Assembly: GCA_973895155.1 (NCBI GenBank)
Contig: OZ316894.1
Coordinates: 14,461,680-14,525,679 of the forward strand
Reading direction: 5' to 3'
DNA: 64,000 bases
From: Marsupella aquatica
Lineage: Eukaryota; Plantae; Marchantiophyta
Every line of letters begins with the position of its first letter. The stretch's first letter is position 1. Shown here in pieces: positions 1 through 10,229 of the stretch. Both the position numbers and the translations under genes were made by a program. The notes beneath the pieces are model-generated. The model saw only the letters and a program-made list of their open reading frames with translations. It made no database searches and was not told where the DNA came from.

Positions 1-455
1 AGCCTCTCCAAGATGGGTCGAGGCCTCATACCTGCGTAAGATGGCATGTCGGAGAGCCTCTCCAAGATGAAACTTGGTGAGATCCGGTGCAAGATCTAAT
101 CTCGGAGAGCCTCTCCAAGATGGGTAGAGGCCTCATACCTCCGCAAGATGGCATGTCAAAGAGCCTCTCCAAGATGAAACTTGGTGAGATCCGGTGCAAG
201 ATCTAATCTCGGAGAGCCTCTCCAAGATGGGTTGAGGCCTCATACCTGCGCAAGATGGCATGTCGGAGAGCCTCTCCAAGATGAAACTTGGTGAGATCCG
301 GTGCAAGATCTAATCTCGGAGAGCCTCTCCAAGATGGGTTGAGGCCTCATACCTGCGCAAGATGGCATGTCGGAGAGCCTCTCCAAGATGAAACTTGGTG
401 AGATCCGGTGCAAGATCTAATCTCAGAGAGCCTCTCTAACATGGGTCGAGGCTTC
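1..455. repeat. Tandem array of 107-bp units (about 4.2 copies), each with two copies of the TCGGAGAGCCTCTCCAAGA palindrome
   Basis: The unit starting AGCCTCTCCAAGATGGG recurs at 1, 108, 215, 322 and 429. The same palindrome family occurs at 16280-16700 and 18510-19240. Confidence 0.95.
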
Positions 456-590
456 CAAATGGCATCTGAGAGAGCCTAATGGACACCCTAAACTTGCTGT
501 CAAAGGTTCTTGGATGTTGGTCCAATAAACTTAGTCACTGTCAATAACAGTTTTCACGCTCACAAGGGTGCGTTGTCAAGAAGGATTCTT

Positions 591-838
591 ACATATTCAA
601 CGAGGGAAGAATATTGTAACAATTTTTACGCTCAGTCTGGGCGATAAGGTACTCTGACAAAACAATCTTGACATATTCAACAAAGAAAGAAGCGAGTCTA
701 ACAATTTTTACGCTCTGTCTAGGCGGTAAGGTACTCTGACAAAACAATCTTGACATTCAACAAAGAAAGAAGCGAGTGTAACAGGTTTTACGCTCGGTCT
801 GGGCGATACGGTACTCTGACAAAACAATCTTCACATAT
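591..838. repeat. Tandem repeat of about 81 bp, 3 copies
   Basis: ACATATTCAAC...TTTTACGCTC...GGTACTCTGACAAAACAATCTT is repeated from about 591, 671 and 753. Confidence 0.9.
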
Positions 839-841
839 TAG

Positions 842-2338
842 TATACACCCATCGCGTCACTCGATCGACTACGTCCCTGTCGACTTCCGAAGCTGAATCT
901 GCATAGCCCTTCCCGAGGTCGAGGAGAGGGAGAATGGACCCTAAGGACGTCTCCATGGGTGAAGTCAGTGACATAGGCTTATCGATGGACGAGGTAATAT
1001 CAAAGCACGCATTGTCATTCGGGATGGATTTTTGAGGATTCGATAAGGAGCCACCTCGAATTCCTCTTTGTAGATTGCTCCCCATGGAGGTTGTTCGAAC
1101 CTTACAGAAAGAAAGTGCATCGATCGAGAAGTTGAAAGAATCATTCCGTGTCACCGGGTACAACTCGCGCATTGGGATGCCTTTCTACGTTCAGCCTGCG
1201 AATGCCTATGGGGTTTCTCAGATATGCACCAGCGAGATCCGAGACTCTTGGGATCCAATCTGGGTCGCAGAGAACGACAAGTTTGAGGAAGAGTGTGATA
1301 CGGACCCAGCGTTCCATATTCTAAAAGATAATATGTTTTGGTTGTTTGACGGAAATCATCGATTGTACTCGTGGTCAATCGTCATGAGGGAGAATCCGGA
1401 CAACTTGAAGTATCATCCTCGTGTGATTTGCGTCATTTTCAATGGTGACAGAGGTTCGCTAGTTGAGCTCGAGGTGGCAATGCACACCGTGAACCAGTAA
1501 GTTCTATTCGTTAACTGTTGTTACCCCTGTCATTCATTTTGGACCAAACATGCTTTGCGAAAGTGTTCATTCCCCAATTTTTGCTAGCGCCCAGCGCTAC
1601 TAATTCCTTTTCATTGCATCCAAGCTTGGACAAGCAGTCGTTGAGCCTTCTTGGATTCTTGACGCGGACAGAATTTCCTGAATTCTGTCGCATGATCTTG
1701 ATCACTATAAGCCACTCATCGACAGCGCGAACATGGCAAAGTTTGAGGCGATCCGAAAGAAGACGAGAAAGGGGTCTTGGTTTACACATAAAATGCCACA
1801 GGATGCTCTCATCTACATTCTGTGTGTGGACAAAATCAAGTCTTACTCAAATCAATTTAAGTCTGATATGGCTTTAGCCAAAGCTCAAGGGGCTTCTTGG
1901 TCAGAAGAGGAGACCACAAAGAGGCATGAGGCAATGATGAAGGAGGCGACCAAAGATTGGTCGATCAAAGTGACGAAGATCACCCCTTTACTTCATCCGG
2001 ATTTTGGAGATTATTTGGGAACCTGTGCTGAGATGTATCCCGTAACTAAGAAGAACAAACGGGAGAAGAAGCCAGACACAGTTGTATGCACAATGGATCG
2101 AGCCAGGTTGTTTACTGCTGTTTCATACCTGGATCCAAAATTGAGGTGCACCCTTCTAGTAGCCCACTGCACTCCCGAGATTCGGAAACAGTTTTTCCAT
2201 CCTACAAGTGTCAACGACGAGCCTGTGAAGCAGTGGTGCCATACATGGCATACTTGGAATTCTGTGGAGGGAATTGCAACTTGAATGCTTCACACTTCCT
2301 TCAAACAGATTTCTGACCGGATGCCGGCTGACCGTCTC
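842..2338 (+). pseudogene. Truncated copy of the ParB-like/DNA-MTase-like cargo gene (exon 1, intron, 5' part of exon 2)
   Basis: FDGNHRLYSW motif in ORF 1075-1500. Near-identical to the reverse complement of about 29250-30747. Donor GTAAG at 1497; acceptor mutated (CAA, versus CAG in element A); internal stops; cut at 2338 by an LTR. Confidence 0.9.
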
Positions 2339-3267
2339 TGTGGTGCGTCCCATGGCTCCCTAAACCCAAGAAACCCCCCAGCTCAAGCCGATTCCCGCAG
2401 GTTTCGTGCTTGGCGAGGCCGTTTCCGCGGCTTAGCGGCATGGGACGCTGCTAACCTTCTACTACTACTATTAACATTTTACACACATATACTGGACAGA
2501 TCCTTCATCGGGTCATGAGATACGTAGCCGGCCTAATATAGGCCTTCCCCTGTCTTCCCCTGTCTTCCCCTCCGTCTTGTTAGGTATGTTTGGATTCCGC
2601 CGCCGGAATGATCCCCAATAGGCTTGGTTAAGCCGCTAAGACCTCTCTCAGCTCGACACATCCAACTCTCACTCCCCTGCTTACTTTCCTTCCTTCTGTT
2701 GATGTGGGCACTCTTCACACAAGTTAATGCGACACACAAATAGCAAAATGACTCATTCTGACTGAGTCATACCATGCACTTGCCATACAAACAGTACATC
2801 TCATACACAAGTTCTGCGAACTAAGCCATGAGGCCAACTCTATTCAGCTCTTAGGCATGAGGAAACATGAATATACACAAGGGTCACTGTATGACTAACC
2901 GAGAGCTTCTCGTACTACTTGATCCCAGCCCGGCTGGTGCAAACTAAAAACTTGCTAAAGAAGAGGCCCTGAGCTCCCCGCTGCCCAGGTACTTATCCTG
3001 GTAGTGGATCCGCCATTCTTTGCATCGTAAGCCTAATCTACCTGACAGTAATCTATTTGCCCGAATCTACCTATGTACAGCAAGGCAGGAGCACAAGTGT
3101 TGCTCCTACCAGTGGAACCGCAATCCCACTAAGCTAAGTGTCAGGGCCGCTCCTGGTTCTAATCCTAATCCTAAACGTGGAGATCCGCGCCCGCCCTGCC
3201 CACTCACGCCTCCTCCCTCCACGTCCGCCCTCCCTAAAAGGAACGGCGCCCTTGCACCGTCACGACA
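2339..3267 (-). repeat. Probable 3' LTR of the gypsy element
   Basis: Minus-strand ends TGTCGTG...CACCACA (6/7 inverted match). Shares the motif TTCCGGCGGCRGAAT...ATACCTA with LTR-like DNA at about 24805 and 57145. Inner boundary uncertain because no clear adjacent PPT. Confidence 0.55.
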
Positions 3268-6200
3268 CCGGTGGTGGATCCTCAATGGACGCCCCCAACA
3301 CTTCCTCCTCAGCCACTGCCGTTGGCCCGCCTACTGACAGATTACCTGCCCTTGACCGAGTCAACTCTCCATCGGCCTGACTGGGTCCACCTTCGGCTTC
3401 AGCCTCGACACCGGCCTCGGCAATACCCACGGCTTCGGCCTCAGCCACTCCCTCGGCTTCGGCCTCCCCTTCCCCTAGGGTAGTTGGATCCTTAGCCGTG
3501 ACCCTGTCTGGGGTCGGTGCTGGGTCTACCTCCTTGATCACCACGGCCTGTGAAGTCGTATTACTCCTTGACCCTGAAGGTTTCCGCTTCTTCTTCGTTG
3601 GTGGCTCGGCAGCTGGTCCCTTCCCCTTCCCACTTACTTCCGGCACTGGTGCAGGTGGCGCGGCTTGTCCTTCGGCAATTACCACCCCTGGTAACTGGTT
3701 TGTCCCAACGGGAGATGGACCTGCTGCAGCTAAGCATTTAAATACTGCGGCTTGTTTCTTCAGCCGCTCAGTTTGGTTGTCGGCCCGCTGCTGTAGGTTC
3801 TCCATCTTCCTCGTGATTTCCTCCAACTCCTCTTGGGTTTCATCCAGGTCCTTACGTGCCCCCTCCAGCTCGTTTTTGGCCTCCTCCTGCTCCCTGTGGG
3901 CTTCCTCCAATTCCTTCTTCAAGGTAGCCCTCTCCTCCTGGGTTGCTCTTAGCTCCTTGTCGAGCTCTGCAATGATGATAGACTCCATCTGGTTCATCTT
4001 GGCGTAAGTCTGTTCGAGCATCTCGTCCTTCTCCCTTAGGTCGGCCTTGAAGCTGGCCGTCAGGGACGCAAGCTCCTGCTGCAGCGCCATAATCCCTTGA
4101 TAGGATTTCCCTAACTCGACCTCCTTCTGCTCAAGGGCTCCGCGGATTTTCTCGAGCTCCCCTTTCAACGCCCATTCCTTTCTTTGGGTCTCCGCCATGG
4201 CCCGGCTGTTGGCTGTTATGTGGGCCTCCTCTGTATTCTTCAGCTCTTGCTTCCACTTCTCCCTCTCTTTGATCGTGTCGGCCAACTCTTCCTGCGTCTA
4301 AGTCAGTTTATCCTTGATATTCTGATTATCAGCCTGCGCGGTGTCCAACTGCCCCTGCATGATGTTCAGCTCATGTCGTTTAATCCGCAGTTCATCTTGG
4401 GCTTTCTTGGCCGCCCTTAGATCTTCAATCTCGGCTTCCATCCTCCTAAGCCGCCGAATGACCTCGTCCTTCTTGCTTCTCTCTAAAGCCACCGCTTCTT
4501 CTAATTGGTGCTTCTCCAACTGCTCCCTATGGAAAAAGGGTCCTACCTCCAACTCCTCTCCAAAGATGCCGAGCGCAAGTTCCCCACACATCTCACCATA
4601 CTCCATGGCTCTATTCTTAGCGTAGGTGGAGTAAGTAGAAGTGATCGGCATCGCCCATCGTGGCCTCTGCTCCCAAGCCGTCCTGCGGATCTCTTCAATC
4701 GTGGCTAGAGGTTTGCTTCCTTTTTCGGCTAGCCGCCTGATGTCCTCCGGCCAATCTCCTCCTGGTAAATCCTTTTCCTTAGCCAGGTCGGCCTCTTCCT
4801 CCTGCTTGATTCGCTCCTGAAATTCCTGCACCGTCTGTTTTATGCCGTCGAAGCTCGGGGGAGCAACATCTGGTGGGGGAGACTCAGGGCTACTCTGCTG
4901 GTTGGGGTCCCCTCGCACTACCCTTGGAAGTGTGGGGACAAACCGGCCACAGGTCCTTACTCTTGGAACGTGATGGTCTGACCCATAGCCGGAATTATCA
5001 TGGCTGCAGTCCTCCACTGCCTCCTCTACCTCTTGGACGTCCGGCTTCTCCCTCTCCTCTTCGTCGGTAGGAGCTTCAGGCAATTCTGCCTCAGATTCGG
5101 AGCTTGAGGTTCCCACGTACATTCGAACACCTGGCTTGGATTCCGGCCTGATTCTCTCCTTGTCTCCAGCAAAGGGGTTTTCTCTTGTGAGCCGGTGTAG
5201 GCCTACCTCTGTAGTAGTGTCCTGCATTGTTGCCATTGCCGTTGTTGTTGCCGATGCCGATTTCTTTTCTTTCTCCAGTAGTTTCAGCAGACTCTGCATG
5301 CCTGGTTGCTGCATCGGCAAGTCTTCCTTCCTGGGCCTAAACACCTGCTCGATCGTAGGACTAACAGGTGGTTGAGGCTTCTCAGCCAACGGCCTCGGTG
5401 TTGGAGCTTCCTCGGGTGCCCTTACCTGCAGGGGAAGTACCGGGGCAAAAGTCTGACCTCTGGCATACCGGCACAACAGCGGCATGTGATAGCCAAGCCG
5501 CGACACGCTCCCCATGCCGATTACCTGCTGCTCCTCCTTTAAGATCTTCTTCAATTGGTTGAGGAGGTACCCGTTGTAGTCCCGGCTTGGGTCTGGCCTT
5601 TCTGCCAGATAGACCTGTGCCTTGCCGATCTCTGCCCTCGGCAAGTTACAATGCATGGTCACCCGCAAGAAGTCGATCATCTCTCCTATGTGCGGGTTGG
5701 TGCAGGTGTTCCGGAAGAAGCCATTCTTCGTTGATGGCCCGGGGAACGACCGGAACTCCTTGTCAGGCAAGGTCTTCCTGGTATCAACTTTGGTCTTATT
5801 GCCTATCGGCAGGCCAAACACTTCGGCAATTACCTTGGGAGTAAGATAGAAATCCCTCCCATATATCCTCGTGCAATTGGTCTCGGGTTCCCATGACCCC
5901 ACGAATTCTAATAGGTCTGACTCCGGTACCTCCGGCTTCAGCCATGGTAATCTTACAAAGGCCTCCAAGCCGGATCCGGCCATGAAGCCTTGGTACTTCT
6001 TGGTCTGCATGGCCGTAAAGCATGCATCCTCCTCCCGTGCAAAATGTAGTTGCACCTCCACCGGTAGGGTTGCCGCCCAGCCCTTCCAGGTGTCATCCCT
6101 GGTTGGAATGGCCTTGATGGGATCGACCTCCTCCTCTTCGGCTTCTCCCTGCCTCCTGCTCTGCTGCTCGGCTGGCTTCTTTGGTGCCGCCGACCTCGTT

Positions 6201-6898
6201 CTTTTTGCCGGGGTGGCTTCATCGTTGACGGCTCCCTTCCTCTTCATCTCTGCTGCCGTGGAGGTTTCTCCTAGCACCGTTGCCTGGGTCCACCTTTCCG
6301 TGCTACCCTTTAATTCCCAGTGTATGTCGTTGCAGTTCTTGATGACCTCTCGGATGCCGACGACGCTGTCTTTGCAAAACAGAAGATCGTCGAGTTGATT
6401 GGAAGTAGGCGTCCACAGGAACTCGTCCTTGATGAGTTCGCCTCCTAAGAAAGCCGTCTTCTGCAGCTCCCACAATCGAGCGAGCTCCTGCCGTTCTCGA
6501 GCTGCCCTTTCTGACTCCTCGTCCTCGTAAGTCTTGATGTACTCAGTTGCCCGTTCGAACAGGCATCCCCAGAAATGTGCCGCTTGATTGACGTTGCTCA
6601 TACCCTCCTTAGGTCGATCGTCGGTATCTACTCTCTCCCCGAGTGCTTGCCTAAGCAGCTGACAGTAGTTGGCCACCCGTAGTCGTCTGCCTAGTTCGTG
6701 CTCGCAAATGAGCCACCATCTCCTGCAAGCGCTCCTTACCCCTCTCCTCTGCCGGTCCTTCTTCCCGTTGATCCTTCCTAGCCGCCGACGCTTAACGCGC
6801 CCTAACCCTAATCGGGTTTTCACCCTTAGCCTTACCTCCGGCCTCGGCCCGGGTTCCATGGTTGCCCCTAATTGTTTATATTTTCCTTGTTTTGTCAC
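3260..6898 (-). pseudogene. Extra retrotransposon ORF of about 1200 aa (plant-mobile-domain-like segment plus long coiled coil), broken by one in-frame TAG
   Basis: ORFs 4298-6898 and 3260-4285 are in the same frame, separated by TAG at 4298-4300. Contains LTPKVIAEVFGLPIG and an E/K-rich heptad region. Confidence 0.7.
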
Positions 6899-6962
6899 TA
6901 TACTAAGGTGTTCCTAGGGTGCCTTCCTGCTTTACCCACTTAACCGGCCGAGTGATTCCTGT

Positions 6963-9900
6963 CTAGGCATCACATAGCTCCCCACTTAATTGTGAAGCGT
7001 CCTCGCGAACAACTTCATCTTCGTCCATATAGTATTTCTTGAGGCGGTCATAATGGATGCGAACTGGATATACCTCTCCCGTAATGTTGGCCAATTGTAC
7101 GGAGCCATTGGGGAACATCATGGTTACTCTAAAGGGTCCTAACCAGCGAGTGTAAAGCTTTCCTGGAAACCTACTATACCTACTGTCATAAAGTAGCACA
7201 AGATCACCGGTATGAATACTAACTACTTTTAACCTTTTATCATACTGCTGCTTCATGATATTCTGTCTATATTCTACTCTCTCGGCTGAAATCATTCTCG
7301 CTTCCTCTAAAGCTTCTAACCTATATTCTCGCTCCTTTAGGCTCTCCTCCGCTGAGGCTCTTTCCTCAATTGTAACTTGAAATGTCGGTATCTCAAGTTG
7401 CATGGGTACCAGGGCTTCTTGTCCAAAGGTTAAGAAGAAGGGTGTATGACCGGTAGTGGATTTATAGGCAAGATTGTAAGCAAAAACAGCAGCAAACAAT
7501 TTATCATCCCAATCGAGTTTGTTCTGAGCTACTGTCTTGTTCAATATCTTTCCTATGATTCCGTTTGCTCGTTCTGTCAACCCGTTTGCCTTTGGATGGT
7601 AGGGAGTAGTAGGCCTATGTTTAACTAAATACTGCTCATTTAAACGACTAATTATATCATTCAAAAAATGGGTTCCTCTATCACTAACTAATTCTAGGGG
7701 TGCTCCATACCTGGTGAAGATCTGCTCATACATGAATCTAGCCGTAGTAATTGCATCATCCTTCGTTGTTGGTCTGGCCTCTACCCATTTAGTTGCATAA
7801 TCCGTAGCCAGGATTATGTACTTGTTCCGTCGAGGGTGGGTCAGTGGTTTCAGAGGTCCAATGTAATCAATACCCCACTTCTCGAATGGTGCCAGAGGTA
7901 GAATAGGGTGCAGTGGATGCCTGGTGGACGCCCTTGGTCCTCCCGCTCGTTGACAAGGATCGCATTGTTTGATAAACTGATAGACATCTTTGTGCAAGGT
8001 GGGCCACCAGTAACCGGCATTTAATATCTTCTTAGACGTGGTTACTGGGGCAAAATGTCCTCCGGCCTCCTCTCCATGCATGGCCCGTAGGACTCGTTTT
8101 ACCTCTCTCCTTTCCAAACATCTTTGAATCGTGCCGTTGATTCCATGCTTGTGCAGTATGCCTTTAATGCACTGATACTGTCTGACCTTCCGCACAAAGA
8201 CTGCGGCTTGCTCTCGGCTTAATCCTGGCTGTAATCTGGAAGTGCTGAGAAATTGTAAAATCTCAGGGTACCATGTACCAGCTATTTCCACAACGAATAG
8301 CTCCTCGTCGGGGAATCGATCATCGATGCAATCCGTGGCAGGTTTACCTGTGATCCTTGAAAAGAAGTCGGCATTGGCATGTAACTTTCCCGGCTTGATC
8401 CTCAGCTCATAGTCAAACTCCTGTAATAGCAAAATCCATCTTGCTACTCTGCCTGTAAGGTCCGGCTTATTGACTAGGTACTTCAAACTTTCATGATCAG
8501 TATGAAAGATTACCTTGTACCCTAGTAAATAATGCCTAAACTTTTTACAAGAATAAATGACTCCTAATGCTTCTCTTTCCGTGGTAGAGTAGTTCCGTTC
8601 GGCATCGGCAAGCTGACGGCTTGCGAAGTATATGGGATGGTCCCTTCCTTTCTCATCCAACTGACTTAGTACTGAGCCAATACAGAAGCCCGAGACATCT
8701 ACAAAAACATGAAAATCTTTGTTCCAGTCCGGTGCTATCATGACTGGGGCCTCTACTAACATCTGCTTCAATTCTACCACCGCTGTGACTCGTTCGGGTG
8801 TGGGTTCGAAGTCTGCTCCTGCCTTGAGCATATTGGTTAATGGTAAAGCCAGCTTGGCAAAATCCTTGATGAACCGGCGATAGTAACCAATGCATCCCAA
8901 GAAGGATCTTACATCCTTTATGTTCTTAGGTTGCATGATATCTAGCCATACTGCTAGCTTACCTTTGTCAATCTCAATGCCCTTCCTTGATACCTTGTGA
9001 CCTAGTAGCACCCCCTCGGTTACTACAAAAAAACATTTATCTGGGTGTAACTTGAGACCCACCTCTCTACATCTCATGAAGGTTTTCCTGAGGTATTTAG
9101 CATGTTTCGATGCCTTCCCGAATACTGCAAAGTCATCAATGAAGATTTCCATGAACTTTCTCAAGTAATCATGAAAAATGTTCACCATTAATCGTTGGAA
9201 CATAGCTGGTGCGTTGCAGAGTCCAAACGGCATACGATTGAAGACATAGATCCCCCATTCCGTGATGAAGGCCGTCTTGATTTGGTCTTCCTGCCGAATC
9301 CTGATTTGGTTATAACCAGAGTATCCATCCATGAATGAATATAGTTCATGACTGGCTACCATGTCTAGTACCATATCAGTAAACGGTAAAGGAAAATGGT
9401 CTTTTAATGTTGCTTCATTCAGCTTCCTGTAATCCTGACAAACCCGGATCTTGGGTTTACCATCGGGTCCAGCTTTCTTGGGAACTATCACAATTGGAGA
9501 CACCCAGTCTGAATGCAGGACTGGAGTGATGAATCCAGCTTCCACTAGTTTGTCGATTTCTGTTTTGACCAGCAGGGAATACTTCGGGTTCATCCTTCGA
9601 ATTGGTTGTCGAAATGATTTGGCTCCTAACATGAGATCAATTCGATGTTCCCCTAGTGTTGGATCTACTCCCTTTAGATCTTGGTGACTCCATGCAAACA
9701 CATCCTGAAATTCAATCAATAAGTCACTGATCTCTTTCTCGAGCTTAGGTGCTAGGTTTCTCCCTAAGTTCAGTTCTCTTCCCTCTCCTAAGTCGAGCTT
9801 CCGATATTGCCGTGCTTGGATCATATTAATCTGCTTCTTCAAATTCGGGTCCAGTTCGGCTTCCAGTCTCTCTAATCTCATACCTCCATAAACTGGGATT

Positions 9901-10229
9901 TCGGCTGGACTAGCCGAGTCGGTCCCTTCCTTGGTGTCCATAGATTGTCCCCTTACCGGTCTATTCGGTTTTGAATTAGTGGTCGGCTCCCCTTCCTGCC
10001 TTGGCTCTAGATCGTGTCTGTCCATCTCATCCACCTCTTGCTCCTGAGAGTTAGGCCGCTGTGCTCTCTCGGCTTCTAATAGGGCCTCAATTTGTTCTGC
10101 CCTCGTAATCGGCTTGTATGCCGATCCCTTGGTATTTAATTCCTTGCCGATGATCGATGGCGTTGTGGACCCCGTCGGCTCTACCACAACGCCTGTAGAA
10201 AATCCACTGTCCCTGCTACTGCTCCCCAC
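6963..10229 (-). CDS. pol: Gypsy Pol: reverse transcriptase, RNase H, integrase
   Basis: RT motifs VCQDYRKLN, MPFGLCNAP, FIDDF; RNase H YSTTEREAL and FHTDHESL; integrase HHCC zinc finger and WGIDYIG..VSDRGTHF..NGLTERAN. 1088 aa uninterrupted. Confidence 0.97.
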   Translation of the reverse strand: MGSSSRDSGFSTGVVVEPTGSTTPSIIGKELNTKGSAYKPITRAEQIEALLEAERAQRPNSQEQEVDEMDRHDLEPRQEGEPTTNSKPNRPVRGQSMDTKEGTDSASPAEIPVYGGMRLERLEAELDPNLKKQINMIQARQYRKLDLGEGRELNLGRNLAPKLEKEISDLLIEFQDVFAWSHQDLKGVDPTLGEHRIDLMLGAKSFRQPIRRMNPKYSLLVKTEIDKLVEAGFITPVLHSDWVSPIVIVPKKAGPDGKPKIRVCQDYRKLNEATLKDHFPLPFTDMVLDMVASHELYSFMDGYSGYNQIRIRQEDQIKTAFITEWGIYVFNRMPFGLCNAPAMFQRLMVNIFHDYLRKFMEIFIDDFAVFGKASKHAKYLRKTFMRCREVGLKLHPDKCFFVVTEGVLLGHKVSRKGIEIDKGKLAVWLDIMQPKNIKDVRSFLGCIGYYRRFIKDFAKLALPLTNMLKAGADFEPTPERVTAVVELKQMLVEAPVMIAPDWNKDFHVFVDVSGFCIGSVLSQLDEKGRDHPIYFASRQLADAERNYSTTEREALGVIYSCKKFRHYLLGYKVIFHTDHESLKYLVNKPDLTGRVARWILLLQEFDYELRIKPGKLHANADFFSRITGKPATDCIDDRFPDEELFVVEIAGTWYPEILQFLSTSRLQPGLSREQAAVFVRKVRQYQCIKGILHKHGINGTIQRCLERREVKRVLRAMHGEEAGGHFAPVTTSKKILNAGYWWPTLHKDVYQFIKQCDPCQRAGGPRASTRHPLHPILPLAPFEKWGIDYIGPLKPLTHPRRNKYIILATDYATKWVEARPTTKDDAITTARFMYEQIFTRYGAPLELVSDRGTHFLNDIISRLNEQYLVKHRPTTPYHPKANGLTERANGIIGKILNKTVAQNKLDWDDKLFAAVFAYNLAYKSTTGHTPFFLTFGQEALVPMQLEIPTFQVTIEERASAEESLKEREYRLEALEEARMISAERVEYRQNIMKQQYDKRLKVVSIHTGDLVLLYDSRYSRFPGKLYTRWLGPFRVTMMFPNGSVQLANITGEVYPVRIHYDRLKKYYMDEDEVVREDASQLSGELCDA
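10146..10205 (-). promoter_or_regulatory. Putative programmed -1 ribosomal frameshift signal (G_GAU_UUU plus stem-loop/pseudoknot)
   Basis: Heptamer 10205-10199 is in the gag-PR frame; 5-nt spacer; perfect 10-bp stem GGCGTTGTGG/CCACAACGCC; loop GCCGA can pair with downstream TCGGC; pol is in the -1 frame. Confidence 0.8.

Noticed and set aside
3260-4285. Host myosin/SMC-like coiled-coil gene or Env
   Set aside because: It is the in-frame continuation of the retrotransposon extra ORF; no motor, ATPase or transmembrane motif is visible.
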